Source: Pseudomonadota bacterium (lineage in GTDB: Bacteria > Pseudomonadota > Gammaproteobacteria > Pseudomonadales > JAHEIH01). From it: a stretch of DNA of 39,181 bases. The stretch covers positions 1-39,181 of the forward strand of contig JBEAQQ010000206.1 of assembly GCA_041163785.1 (NCBI GenBank). The letters are read 5' to 3'. Under the pieces are notes generated by a model. The model was given only the letters and a program-made list of their open reading frames with translations. It was not told the DNA's origin and ran no database searches. Each line of letters begins with the position of its first letter. Positions within the stretch are counted from its first letter, which is position 1. Both the position numbers and the translations under genes were made by a program. Shown one piece after another: positions 1 through 9,696 of the stretch.

Positions 1-30
1 ATCAAGTAAGCACTTGACGGCACCTTCTAA

Positions 31-55
31 AACCCGGCATTGTCCGGGTTTTTTT
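31..55 (+). terminator. Rho-independent terminator of a gene ending upstream of the window
   Basis: Stem AACCCGG (31-37) pairs with CCGGGTT (44-50) around a 6-nt loop, running into a T-run at 49-55. Confidence 0.6.
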
Positions 56-77
56 ATGGTTGAAAAAAGGTCGCAGT

Positions 78-893
78 ATGCCTGAACTTCCCGAAGTCGA
101 AACCACCGTGCAGGGGGTCGCTCCCCACGTGAGTCAACAAACCGTGACGGGTGTCGAGGTGCGCAACCCCAACTTGCGTTGGCCGGTGCCCGCTGATCTG
201 GCGGAGGTGTTGTGCGGACAGGTCATTCAGGGTGTGAGCCGTCGCGCCAAGTATCTGTTGTTTCACGTGGCTGGAGGGCACATGCTGGTGCACTTGGGCA
301 TGTCAGGCAGTCTGCGTGTAACCTCGCCGGAAACGCCGCTTAAAAAGCACGACCACGTGATCATTACCCTGAGCAATGGCAAGCAAATGCGCTACCACGA
401 CCCGCGCCGCTTTGGCTGCGTGCTGTGGACAAGCTCGGCTATCGACGACCACGAACTGATTAACCATTTGGGCCCTGAGCCTTTAAGCGACGCGTTTGAC
501 GCCGAGTATTTGTTTCGACTATCTCGCGGCCGCAAGCTGGCCATCAAGTTGTTCATCATGGACAGCAAGGTGGTGGTGGGCGTAGGTAATATTTACGCTA
601 ACGAGGCGCTGTTTAGCGCGGGCATCAACCCCAACAAAGCGGCGGGAAAGCTCACCCGCAAGCAGTATGACGCGCTAGTACTGGAAATTAAAAAGGTGTT
701 GGCGGCGGCCATTCAGCAGGGCGGTACTACTTTGCGAGATTTTGTGAACAGCGATGGTCAACCGGGGTATTTCAAGCAGACCTTGGCGGTGTATGGCCGA
801 GGTGGTCAAGCCTGCGTGAGCTGTGGTGAGGTATTAAAAGAGATTCGTTTGGGGCAGCGTTCGACGGTGTTCTGTCGCCGCTGCCAGCGCTAA
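78..893 (+). CDS. mutM: Formamidopyrimidine-DNA glycosylase (Fpg/MutM)
   Basis: The N-terminus MPELPEVE carries the catalytic Pro2 that requires this Met. H2TH region is present. C-terminal zinc finger CVSCG...CRRCQ. The ORF track starts at 60, but the ATG at 78 gives the canonical N-terminus. Confidence 0.95.
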   Translation: MPELPEVETTVQGVAPHVSQQTVTGVEVRNPNLRWPVPADLAEVLCGQVIQGVSRRAKYLLFHVAGGHMLVHLGMSGSLRVTSPETPLKKHDHVIITLSNGKQMRYHDPRRFGCVLWTSSAIDDHELINHLGPEPLSDAFDAEYLFRLSRGRKLAIKLFIMDSKVVVGVGNIYANEALFSAGINPNKAAGKLTRKQYDALVLEIKKVLAAAIQQGGTTLRDFVNSDGQPGYFKQTLAVYGRGGQACVSCGEVLKEIRLGQRSTVFCRRCQR

Positions 894-900
894 AGCGGCG

Positions 901-1643
<743 letters not shown>

Positions 1644-1689
1644 TCAGCTCACTTTTGCGGGCGCATAGTATACAAATTGATCAATTGCC

Positions 1690-2298
1690 TCAACCATCTT
1701 TCGATACGTCGCGGCGATACAGCGTGTAAACGACCTGTCCGGCCGATTTCTCTCGATAGGCCTGCCAGTGTTCGTGCACCTCGGGGATGGGTAGACGGCG
1801 GTCGGCCTCAACGTAAATCCACGCCTGCTCGGCAAGCCAGTTGCCTTGCTCTAATAAAGCGGCGCAGGGGCCAGCGAGTTCGGCGCTAAATGGCGGGTCG
1901 ATGAAGACGATATCAAAGGGAGCCCAAGGGTTGCCGCGAGCCAGCAGCGCGAGGGTGTCGTCGCTGTAAACTTTGAGGCTTTGGGTGCCCAGTGTGGCAC
2001 CGTGGTGGCGAATGGTTTGTGCCGCGCGTTTGTCCAGTTCAATCGCGTAGGCCTCGGTCGCCCCTCGAGATAGCGCTTCTAGTGACAGCGCACCACTGCC
2101 GGCAAACAGGTCCAAACAGCGTGCTTCGGCGGTATAGCCCATTAGCCAGTTGAACAGTGTCTCGCGGATGCGATCCCCCGTAGGCCTTAGGCCATCGACG
2201 TCGGGGAAGGTCAGCACGCGCCCACGCCACTGGCCGCCGATAATGCGGAGTCGGCCGGTGTCTTGGTGATTTTTATTGGCGGGTCGCTTTGCTCGCAT
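1690..2298 (-). CDS. rsmD: 16S rRNA (guanine966-N2)-methyltransferase
   Basis: RIIGGQWRGR N-terminus, SAM-binding DLFAGSGALSLEALSRGA and a DPPF motif. Conserved position divergent from ftsY. Confidence 0.9.
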   Translation of the reverse strand: MRAKRPANKNHQDTGRLRIIGGQWRGRVLTFPDVDGLRPTGDRIRETLFNWLMGYTAEARCLDLFAGSGALSLEALSRGATEAYAIELDKRAAQTIRHHGATLGTQSLKVYSDDTLALLARGNPWAPFDIVFIDPPFSAELAGPCAALLEQGNWLAEQAWIYVEADRRLPIPEVHEHWQAYREKSAGQVVYTLYRRDVSKDG

Positions 2299-2405
2299 GC
2301 CATCCTCAATTGCGTTGTGAATGTGGTAGCATACCGCACTTGCGAGCTACACTCATGTGCAATCATCGATTCACTGCCATCGAATTGCCACCACAGGTTC
2401 AAGAC

Positions 2406-3494
2406 ATGATATTTTTTTGGAAGAAAAAGTCCGCCGATGCCGAGCAGCGAGAGCGCGAAACAGAAGTGGAATTGTTGCGTAGCGACGGGTTGCTAGACGA
2501 GGAGATCGAGCAAACCCTGCGCGACGAAGATACGCCCGACCACGAGGTGCGTGAGGCCGAGGCCATTGAAAAAATTGACGACAGTTTATTGGGCAGGCTC
2601 AAGCGCGGGCTGAGTAAAACCAGTGCCCTACTGGGTGGCGGCATCAGCGACTTGTTGCTGGGCAAGAAAGCCATCGACGATGACTTGTTGGAAGAGCTAG
2701 AGACGCAATTGTTGGTGGCGGATATCGGTATCGATGCCACTCAGAGTATTATCAAACAACTGACCGAGCGCGTGGCGCGTAAACAACTCGCCGACAGCGA
2801 TGCGTTAATGCAGGCACTGAAAGAGATCCTTACCGAAATGCTCGCCGAGGTGGAGCAGCCCCTGGAAATTCCCGAGCAACAGGGTCCTTTTGTGATTTTG
2901 ATGGTAGGTATTAATGGCGCCGGTAAAACCACTACTATTGGTAAAATGGCGCGACGCTTCCAGGCCGAGGGTAAATCGGTGATGCTGGCGGCGGGTGATA
3001 CCTTCCGTGCGGCGGCGGTGGAGCAGCTACAGGAGTGGGGGCGTCGCAACGAAGTGCCGGTAGTGGCACAGCACACCGGTGCCGACAGCGCCTCGGTATT
3101 GTTTGACGCCCTGCAGGCCGCGCAAGCGCGCGGGGTTGATGTGCTCATCGCCGATACCGCGGGCCGTTTGCACAATAAAGACAACCTGATGGAAGAATTG
3201 AAAAAATGCGTGCGGGTGATGAAAAAGCTCGATGCGGATGCCCCTCACGAAGTGATGTTGGTGCTCGATTCGGGCACGGGTCAGAACGCCTTGGCGCAAG
3301 CTAAGCACTTCCGCGACGCGGTGGGCGTGAGCGGTATTACCCTCACCAAAATGGACGGCACGGCCAAAGGCGGTATGATTTGCTCGGTGTCTAGCCAGTT
3401 GGGGCTGCCCGTGCGATTCATTGGTATTGGCGAGAAGGCAGTGGACTTGCGTCCCTTCCACGCGAAAGATTTTGTCGAGGCGTTGTTCGGTTAA
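2406..3494 (+). CDS. ftsY: Signal recognition particle receptor FtsY
   Basis: Acidic N-domain followed by SRP GTPase motifs GINGAGKTT, DTAGR and TKMDG. The ATG at 2406 (MIFFWKKK) is preferred over the ORF-track start at 2289, which would overlap rsmD. Confidence 0.93.
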   Translation: MIFFWKKKSADAEQRERETEVELLRSDGLLDEEIEQTLRDEDTPDHEVREAEAIEKIDDSLLGRLKRGLSKTSALLGGGISDLLLGKKAIDDDLLEELETQLLVADIGIDATQSIIKQLTERVARKQLADSDALMQALKEILTEMLAEVEQPLEIPEQQGPFVILMVGINGAGKTTTIGKMARRFQAEGKSVMLAAGDTFRAAAVEQLQEWGRRNEVPVVAQHTGADSASVLFDALQAAQARGVDVLIADTAGRLHNKDNLMEELKKCVRVMKKLDADAPHEVMLVLDSGTGQNALAQAKHFRDAVGVSGITLTKMDGTAKGGMICSVSSQLGLPVRFIGIGEKAVDLRPFHAKDFVEALFG

Positions 3495-3497
3495 GCC

Positions 3498-4159
<662 letters not shown>

Positions 4160-4160
<1 letters not shown>

Positions 4161-5125
4161 TGAATGCCTCGAAGGGCGCGGTGCAGTCGCGGGTGACCTG
4201 GCGTCACCGTTTTAATGCTTACAAGCTCGATCACAAGCGGGTGGCCAAGGACAGTTGGCAGCGATTGTTTAGCACACCGTTTGCCACCGTGATGGCGTGG
4301 TTGGTGATCGCCATTGCGCTGAGTTTGCCCACGGGCTTGAGCATCGGCATCGATAATTTGAAAGCGTTGGGCGAGCATTGGGACGGCGGTGTGTCGGCGT
4401 CCTTGTTCTTGGACGAGCGCATCGACGACCGCCGCGCGGCGCAATTGGTGGAGACCTTACGCGACCGCGATGACGTTGCGGCGGTGGAATATATTTCGCG
4501 CGCCGAGGCCCTGGCGGAGTTCGAGCGCGTGTCTGGCCTAGACAATGTGTTGAGCTACCTCGACGACAACCCCTTGCCGTCGGTGTTGGTGGTCACCCCC
4601 GCCGACATCAACATGACCTCGGCCGCCAGCGAACGCTTCCTTGATACCATGGCGAGCATTCCCGGGGTGGCCAGCGTTCAGCTCGATATGCAGTGGGTGA
4701 ACCGGCTGCAGCAAATGCTGCGCTTGTTTGATCGCTTTGCCAGTGTGTTGGCGGTATTGCTTGGGCTCGGCGTGGTATTGGTGATTGGCAATACGGTGCG
4801 CATGACCATCGAGCAGCGCCGCGATGAAATTGTGGTGGCCAAGCTGGTGGGTGCCTCAGACAGTTATGTGCAGCGCCCCTTTTTATACACCGGTGCCTGG
4901 TATGGCCTAGGTGGCGGCCTGCTGGCTTGCTTGATCGTTTGGCTCGGCTCTGCCTGGCTGTCTGGCCCGTTGGAGGCCCTGGCGGACGCTTACCAAGCGC
5001 GCTTTTACGCCCAGGGTTTAGGCTTTTTACAGGCGCTGGGGGTGTGCTTGGTGGGTGTTATCATGGGCCTTTTGGGCAGCGCCCTCGCGGTGTTTAAACA
5101 CCTACGGGATATTGAGCCAAATTAA
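4160..5125 (+). CDS. ftsX: Cell division ABC transporter permease FtsX
   Basis: TAATG overlap with ftsE. One N-terminal TM segment, a periplasmic domain and three C-terminal TM segments. Conserved ftsYEX order. Confidence 0.9.
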
Positions 5126-5163
5126 GTTTCAGGCGGTTTTTGGTACAGTTTGCCTTGAAATAT

Positions 5164-5189
5164 GAACTTTTCACCCGCATATTGTCATA
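5164..5189 (+). promoter_or_regulatory. Candidate sigma-E (RpoE/AlgU)-type promoter upstream of rpoH
   Basis: GAACTT (5164-5169), a 15-nt spacer, then TCATA (5185-5189). This resembles the GGAACTT-N15/16-TCNAA extracytoplasmic-stress promoter known for E. coli rpoH P3. It lies 88 nt upstream of the rpoH ATG. Confidence 0.35.
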
Positions 5190-5276
5190 CATAGTGGCAT
5201 TGGCAGACGTATAATGTCTTGCTATTATTAGTCGGCTAGACCCTTGGGGTCAGCGACAATACACGTTGGAGAAGTA

Positions 5277-6131
5277 ATGAGCACAAGCTTACAAACCTAT
5301 GCAAACTTGAGTCCCGGGGCGAACCTCGCGGCTTATACGCAGACTGTGTCTGCGATTCCGCTGCTGAGCGCAGAGGAAGAGTTAGCCCTGGCCGAAGAGC
5401 TGTACTACCAAGACAATCTGGATGCAGCACGACAGTTGGTTATGTCGCACCTGCGTTTTGTGGTGCACATTGCAAAATCATATTCTGGGTACGGTCTGGC
5501 GGAAGCCGACTTGATCCAAGAGGGCAACGTCGGTCTGATGAAGGCTGTAAAACGTTTCAACCCTGAAAAAGGCGTGCGTCTGGTGTCGTTTGCTGTGCAC
5601 TGGATCAAAGCCGAAATCCATGAGTTCGTGCTGCGTAACTGGCGCATCGTAAAAGTGGCTACCACCAAGGCTCAGCGCAAATTGTTCTTCAACTTGCGCT
5701 CTAGCAAGCAGCGTTTGGCTTGGTTGTCACAGGATGAAGCTCAGCGTATTGCCGACGACCTCGGTGTCGATGTGCGCGACGTTCAACAGATGGAAAATCG
5801 CCTGACCTCGGTCGACGCCGCCTTCGACGGCTATGGCGATGACAGCGACGACAATGATTACGTGGCGCCCGCTAACTATCTGGAAGACAACAGCCACAAC
5901 CCCGCGATGGTGTTGGAAAATGCCGACTGGGAAGAAAACACCCTGCAGAGTTTGCACGGCGCCTTGGCCTCGTTGGACGAGCGCAGTCGCGATATCATCG
6001 CCAAGCGTTGGCTGAACGAAGACAAGAGCACCCTGCACGACTTAGCGGCAGAATACGGGGTGTCGGCTGAGCGCATCCGCCAGCTTGAAGCAAACGCTAT
6101 GAAAAAGGTACGCGCCGTTCTAGAAGCCTAG
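5277..6131 (+). CDS. rpoH: RNA polymerase heat-shock sigma factor sigma-32
   Basis: Contains the RpoH box QRKLFFNLR and sigma-70 regions 2 and 4. GGAGA lies 6 nt upstream of the ATG at 5277. The ORF-track start at 5244 adds 11 non-conserved residues. Confidence 0.95.
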   Translation: MSTSLQTYANLSPGANLAAYTQTVSAIPLLSAEEELALAEELYYQDNLDAARQLVMSHLRFVVHIAKSYSGYGLAEADLIQEGNVGLMKAVKRFNPEKGVRLVSFAVHWIKAEIHEFVLRNWRIVKVATTKAQRKLFFNLRSSKQRLAWLSQDEAQRIADDLGVDVRDVQQMENRLTSVDAAFDGYGDDSDDNDYVAPANYLEDNSHNPAMVLENADWEENTLQSLHGALASLDERSRDIIAKRWLNEDKSTLHDLAAEYGVSAERIRQLEANAMKKVRAVLEA

Positions 6132-6150
6132 ATCGGGTCGTGCTGACACG

Positions 6151-6183
6151 AACCGCCCCTGCTCGTCAGTGGCGGTTTTTTTA
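6151..6183 (+). terminator. Rho-independent terminator of rpoH
   Basis: AACCGCC (6151-6157) pairs with GGCGGTT (6171-6177), followed by a T-run to 6183. Confidence 0.7.
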
Positions 6184-6195
6184 TTTGAGAGATCG

Positions 6196-6573
6196 ATGCA
6201 AAAATTCTTTTTGGTCATGGCGACCCTCTACGGTGGCAGCGCCGTCGGTTTGGGCGCCTTTGCCTCGCACGGTTTGCGAGGACAGTTGAGTGAACGCCTG
6301 TTGAATGTGTTTCAGATGGGTGTGCAATACCAGATGTACCACGCTCTTGCCCTACTGGCCGTTGGTATCATGGCGCGCTTTTGGCCTTCTAAGGGTCTCA
6401 AGCTAGCCGGTCTACTGTTTATTGCTGGCGTACTGTGTTTTTCGGGTAGCTTGTACGGCCTTGCGCTGGGTGGCCCTCGCATTCTTGGTCCCGTCACCCC
6501 GCTCGGTGGCCTGTTTTTTATTGGCGGTTGGATTGCCTTTGCCGTCGCCTGTTGGAGATTACCGTCCGCATGA
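6196..6573 (+). CDS. DUF423 (YgdD-like) small inner-membrane protein
   Basis: About 125 aa with four predicted hydrophobic helices rich in Gly/Ala. The ATG at 6196 is preferred because the GTG at 6169 lies inside the rpoH terminator. Confidence 0.75.
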   Translation: MQKFFLVMATLYGGSAVGLGAFASHGLRGQLSERLLNVFQMGVQYQMYHALALLAVGIMARFWPSKGLKLAGLLFIAGVLCFSGSLYGLALGGPRILGPVTPLGGLFFIGGWIAFAVACWRLPSA

Positions 6574-7289
6574 GTGACGATTTTACAATCACGACGGAAT
6601 ACCGTCCCGAGTACAAAAAGAAGTCGATTCGCACCTTTGTGATTCGCAGCGGTCGCATGACGGAATCCCAGGCGAAAGCCTTTGATACCTATTGGAAGCA
6701 GGTCGGCCTGAGTCTCTTCGATGGCCCTATCGATCCACCGGCCTTGTTTGGCCGCCAGGCGCCACTCGTCATCGAAATTGGTTTCGGTATGGGTGACTCT
6801 CTGGTCGACATGGCGGCGGCTGACCCCGACAGTGATTTCATCGGTATTGAAGTGCACCCACCGGGCGTGGGCCGTTTGATCAACCGCGTGGGTACCGAGG
6901 GCGTCAACAACCTTAAAACCTATATGGCGGATGCGAACGACGTATTGGAAGATTGCATTGCCGACGGCAGTGTGGCGCGCGTGCAACTGTATTTCCCCGA
7001 CCCTTGGCACAAGAAAAAGCACCACAAGCGCCGCATTGTGCAACCTGAATTTGTGGCGCAGTTGGTGCGCAAGTTACAGCCCGGCGGCAAAATCCACATG
7101 GCCACCGACTGGGCGCATTATGCCGAGCAAATGCTGGAAGTGCTGTCCGCCAATACGGATATCAGCAACGATAGCCCCGCGGGCGATTACGTTGCCAAGC
7201 CCGCCTGGCGCCCGCACACTAAGTTTGAAGCGCGGGGTGAGCGCTTGGGGCACGGCGTGTGGGATCTACTGTTCACCAAATTGGGCTAG
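6570..7289 (+). CDS. trmB: tRNA (guanine46-N7)-methyltransferase
   Basis: LVIEIGFGMGDS SAM motif and the highly conserved YFPDPWHKKKHHKRR motif. ATGA start/stop overlap with the preceding gene at 6570-6573. Confidence 0.93.
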   Translation: MSDDFTITTEYRPEYKKKSIRTFVIRSGRMTESQAKAFDTYWKQVGLSLFDGPIDPPALFGRQAPLVIEIGFGMGDSLVDMAAADPDSDFIGIEVHPPGVGRLINRVGTEGVNNLKTYMADANDVLEDCIADGSVARVQLYFPDPWHKKKHHKRRIVQPEFVAQLVRKLQPGGKIHMATDWAHYAEQMLEVLSANTDISNDSPAGDYVAKPAWRPHTKFEARGERLGHGVWDLLFTKLG

Positions 7290-7329
7290 GGCAAGAAAGA
7301 GTTAAATCTGGTTTTTCTGCAAATTCGTA

Positions 7330-7357
7330 TTGCCGAAAACCTACGACACAGTAAAAT
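7330..7357 (+). promoter_or_regulatory. Candidate sigma-70 promoter for gcvH
   Basis: TTGCCG (7330-7335), a 16-nt spacer, then TAAAAT (7352-7357). It lies about 50 nt upstream of the gcvH ATG. Confidence 0.4.
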
Positions 7358-7405
7358 AACGCTAAACACCCACGAAGGGTAAGTGATTAACCACGAGGAA
7401 AAACC

Positions 7406-7792
7406 ATGAGCAACATTCCGACAGAATTACGTTACGCATCATCACACGAATGGGCACGTCTGGAAGACGACGGCAGCGTGGTTGTCGGTATTACCGATCA
7501 CGCGCAAGAAGCCTTGGGTGACGTGGTATTTGTTGAGTTGCCAGAAGTGGGCGCCACCGTGGCCATGGGTGCCGAGTGTGCCGTGGTAGAGTCTGTGAAA
7601 GCCGCGTCTGATATCTACGCGCCGATCTCAGGTGAGATTGTGGAAGTCAACGAAGCGCTTGAAGATGCCCCCGAGACAATCAACAGCGATTCGTACGGCG
7701 ATGGCTGGATGTTCCGCATTCAACCCGACAACGAAGAGCAGTTAGACGATTTGCTCGACGCAGAAGGCTACGCCGCCGAACTCGACGAGTAA
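7406..7792 (+). CDS. gcvH: Glycine cleavage system H protein (lipoyl carrier)
   Basis: 128 aa with the lipoyl-lysine motif [24 protein letters not shown] upstream. Confidence 0.95.
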   Translation: MSNIPTELRYASSHEWARLEDDGSVVVGITDHAQEALGDVVFVELPEVGATVAMGAECAVVESVKAASDIYAPISGEIVEVNEALEDAPETINSDSYGDGWMFRIQPDNEEQLDDLLDAEGYAAELDE

Positions 7793-7815
7793 TATCACTC
7801 GCGCACGACGTATAC

Positions 7816-7850
7816 AGCCAGTCGCTTAGGCGGCTGGCTTTTTTATTTTT
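7816..7850 (+). terminator. Rho-independent terminator of gcvH
   Basis: AGCCAGTCGC pairs with GCGGCTGGCT (one mismatch) around a TTAG loop, followed by TTTTTTATTTTT. Confidence 0.75.
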
Positions 7851-7861
7851 AGGAACACCCT

Positions 7862-9055
7862 ATGTCATTTCAAATCCTCTACCTCAAAAAACAATCTGAC
7901 CGTCGCTTGCGCCAAGGCCACCAGTGGATCTTCAGCAATGAGGTAGATGTAACGCGCTCGCCGTTAAAGATGTTTAGCGCGGGTCAGCAAGTGGTGGTGG
8001 AAAATGCAGAAGGTCGTTTTGTGGCTTACGCCTGCATGAGCCCGAGCAATTTGATATGCGCGCGCCTGGTGAGTCGAGACAAACAGCACCCCTTGGACAA
8101 GTCGTTGCTGGTGCACCGCATCAACGTCGCACTGAGCTTGCGCCAACGCTGCTTCGACCAGCCCTATTATCGATTGGTGTACGGCGACTCGGATTTTCTG
8201 CCGGGGTTGGTGATCGATCGCTTCGGTGACGTGTGCGTGGTGCAAATTTCTAACGCGGCCATGGACGCCATGCTCGAGGATATTTTGGCGGCGTTGATCA
8301 AAGTAGTGAAACCCAGCGGTGTGCTGCTGAAAAATGACAGCGTGGCCCGTGCCGACGAAGGCCTTGAAGAGGATATTCGCGTTATCCACGGTGACGTGGC
8401 GGCGTCGGTGCCATTGATCGAAAACGGCGTGTCTTTCATGGCGCCGGTATGGAAGGGGCAAAAGACGGGTTGGTTCTACGACCACCGCGAAAACCGTGCT
8501 CGCCTGCAGCAGCTCTCTAAGGGTCAACGCGTATTGGATGTGTTTAGCTACGTGGGTGGTTGGGGTGTGCAAGCCGCGGCCGCCGGGGCTAGCGAAGTCT
8601 TCTGTGTCGACCGTTCTGAGCAGGCCTTGGAGTGGGTGCACGAGAATGCCACGCTAAACGGTGTGGAAGACCGCGTCGCCACGTTGCAGGGTAATGCTGT
8701 GGACGCCATGCAACAATTGCGCGATGCGGGTGAGCGCTTTGACATTGTGGTGGTGGATCCGCCAGCCTTTATCAAAAAGCGCAAGGACAGCGCCAAGGGC
8801 GAACAGGCCTACCACCGCATAAACCAGTTGGCGTTGCGCCTGCTGAACAAGGACGGTCTGTTGGTCAGCGCGTCGTGTTCGATGCATTTGTCGCGTGCCC
8901 AATTAACCGATGTCGTCCGCGCCGGTGGGCGGCATATCGACCGCAACATTCAGGTGTTTGCCAGTGGCGGCCAAGGCGCCGATCACCCGGTACACCCCGC
9001 GATTCCTGAAACGGATTATTTGAAAGCCCTGTTCTGTCGGGTTTGCCCGGTGTAA
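7862..9055 (+). CDS. rlmI: PUA-domain class I SAM-dependent 23S rRNA (cytosine-C5) methyltransferase, RlmI-like
   Basis: 397 aa. Contains YRLVYGDSDFLPGLVIDRFGD, GQKTGWFYDHRENR, DVFSYVGGWG, VVDPPAF and a C-terminal YLKALFCRV. These are collinear with my recollection of E. coli RlmI. Confidence 0.8.
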   Translation: MSFQILYLKKQSDRRLRQGHQWIFSNEVDVTRSPLKMFSAGQQVVVENAEGRFVAYACMSPSNLICARLVSRDKQHPLDKSLLVHRINVALSLRQRCFDQPYYRLVYGDSDFLPGLVIDRFGDVCVVQISNAAMDAMLEDILAALIKVVKPSGVLLKNDSVARADEGLEEDIRVIHGDVAASVPLIENGVSFMAPVWKGQKTGWFYDHRENRARLQQLSKGQRVLDVFSYVGGWGVQAAAAGASEVFCVDRSEQALEWVHENATLNGVEDRVATLQGNAVDAMQQLRDAGERFDIVVVDPPAFIKKRKDSAKGEQAYHRINQLALRLLNKDGLLVSASCSMHLSRAQLTDVVRAGGRHIDRNIQVFASGGQGADHPVHPAIPETDYLKALFCRVCPV

Positions 9056-9177
9056 ACCACGCCTTAGCCCCTGCCTCAAGCCATTTGGGGAGGTGGCGCC
9101 ACTGTCGACTTCGCTCGCTTGCTCGCCTATACTGATCGGCCGAGTTTGTTTTAACACGCCTGTCTGAAGGGATGCGC

Positions 9178-9693
9178 ATGACAAGAAACATGAACGAAAA
9201 TTTGATCGATCGGCAGGGCTATCGCGCCAATGTCGGGATCGTTGTGGCCGACGGCCTCGGCCGCGTGCTGTGGGCGCGCCGTTGTGGCCAGGATGCTTGG
9301 CAGTTCCCCCAGGGGGGGATTCACGCGGGAGAAACGCCTGAAGAAGCCATGTATCGCGAGCTGGATGAAGAAATTGGTTTGCAGCCAGAAGACGTCACTC
9401 TGGTCGCCCAGACCCAGGGTTGGTTGCGCTACAAGCTGCCCGAGGGATTGATTCGTAAACACTCTAAGCCGCTGTGTATCGGCCAGAAACAAAAGTGGTT
9501 TTTGTTGCAAATGCTTGGCGACGATGAGCGAGTGGTACTTAATAACGGTGAGTGCAAACCTGAGTTTGATCACTGGCAGTGGGTAAGTTACTGGTATCCC
9601 CTCGGTCAAGTGGTAGCCTTCAAGCGCGATGTTTATCGCCGTGCCATGCGTGAGCTTTCGCCCAACCACGCCCGGATCGTTCGCGCGGGTTAA
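9178..9693 (+). CDS. rppH: RNA pyrophosphohydrolase (Nudix)
   Basis: [10 protein letters not shown]-terminus and Nudix box [23 protein letters not shown]. The start is ambiguous (ATG at 9172, 9178 or 9190); 9178 has the best GAAGG spacing. Confidence 0.9.
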   Translation: MTRNMNENLIDRQGYRANVGIVVADGLGRVLWARRCGQDAWQFPQGGIHAGETPEEAMYRELDEEIGLQPEDVTLVAQTQGWLRYKLPEGLIRKHSKPLCIGQKQKWFLLQMLGDDERVVLNNGECKPEFDHWQWVSYWYPLGQVVAFKRDVYRRAMRELSPNHARIVRAG

Positions 9694-9696
9694 GCC

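Noticed and set aside
60-77. ORF-track start of mutM at 60 (MKKGRS extension)
   Set aside because: Fpg requires the N-terminal Pro exposed after Met removal. MPELPEVE begins at 78.
2289-2405. 39-residue N-terminal extension of ftsY starting at 2289
   Set aside because: It would overlap the divergent rsmD start and is Cys/His-rich and non-conserved in appearance. MIFFWKKK at 2406 resembles typical FtsY N-termini.
5210-5215. Perfect TATAAT as the main sigma-70 promoter of rpoH
   Set aside because: No acceptable -35 hexamer at 16-18 nt spacing and no extended -10 TG. It is kept only as a remark inside the rpoH leader finding.
6312-7043. Long antisense ORFs: 6312-7043 (243 aa), 7964-8641 (225 aa), 10876-11535 (219 aa), 3027-3542 (171 aa), 9151-9669 (172 aa) and 13680-14174 (164 aa)
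   Set aside because: All lie opposite strongly conserved, motif-bearing genes (trmB, rlmI, ptsP, ftsY, rppH, thyA). Their His/Arg/Val-rich low-complexity translations are typical of shadow ORFs in GC-rich DNA.
7290-7405. Glycine riboswitch upstream of gcvH
   Set aside because: The leader is only 116 nt, AT-rich, and lacks the tandem aptamer cores (GGAGAG ... CACCGAAGGGGCAA-type elements).
9098-9107. Perfect 10-bp palindrome GTGGCGCCAC in the rlmI to rppH spacer
   Set aside because: It is a single short GC palindrome with no partner site or adjacent T-run, so there is not enough evidence to call it an operator or terminator.
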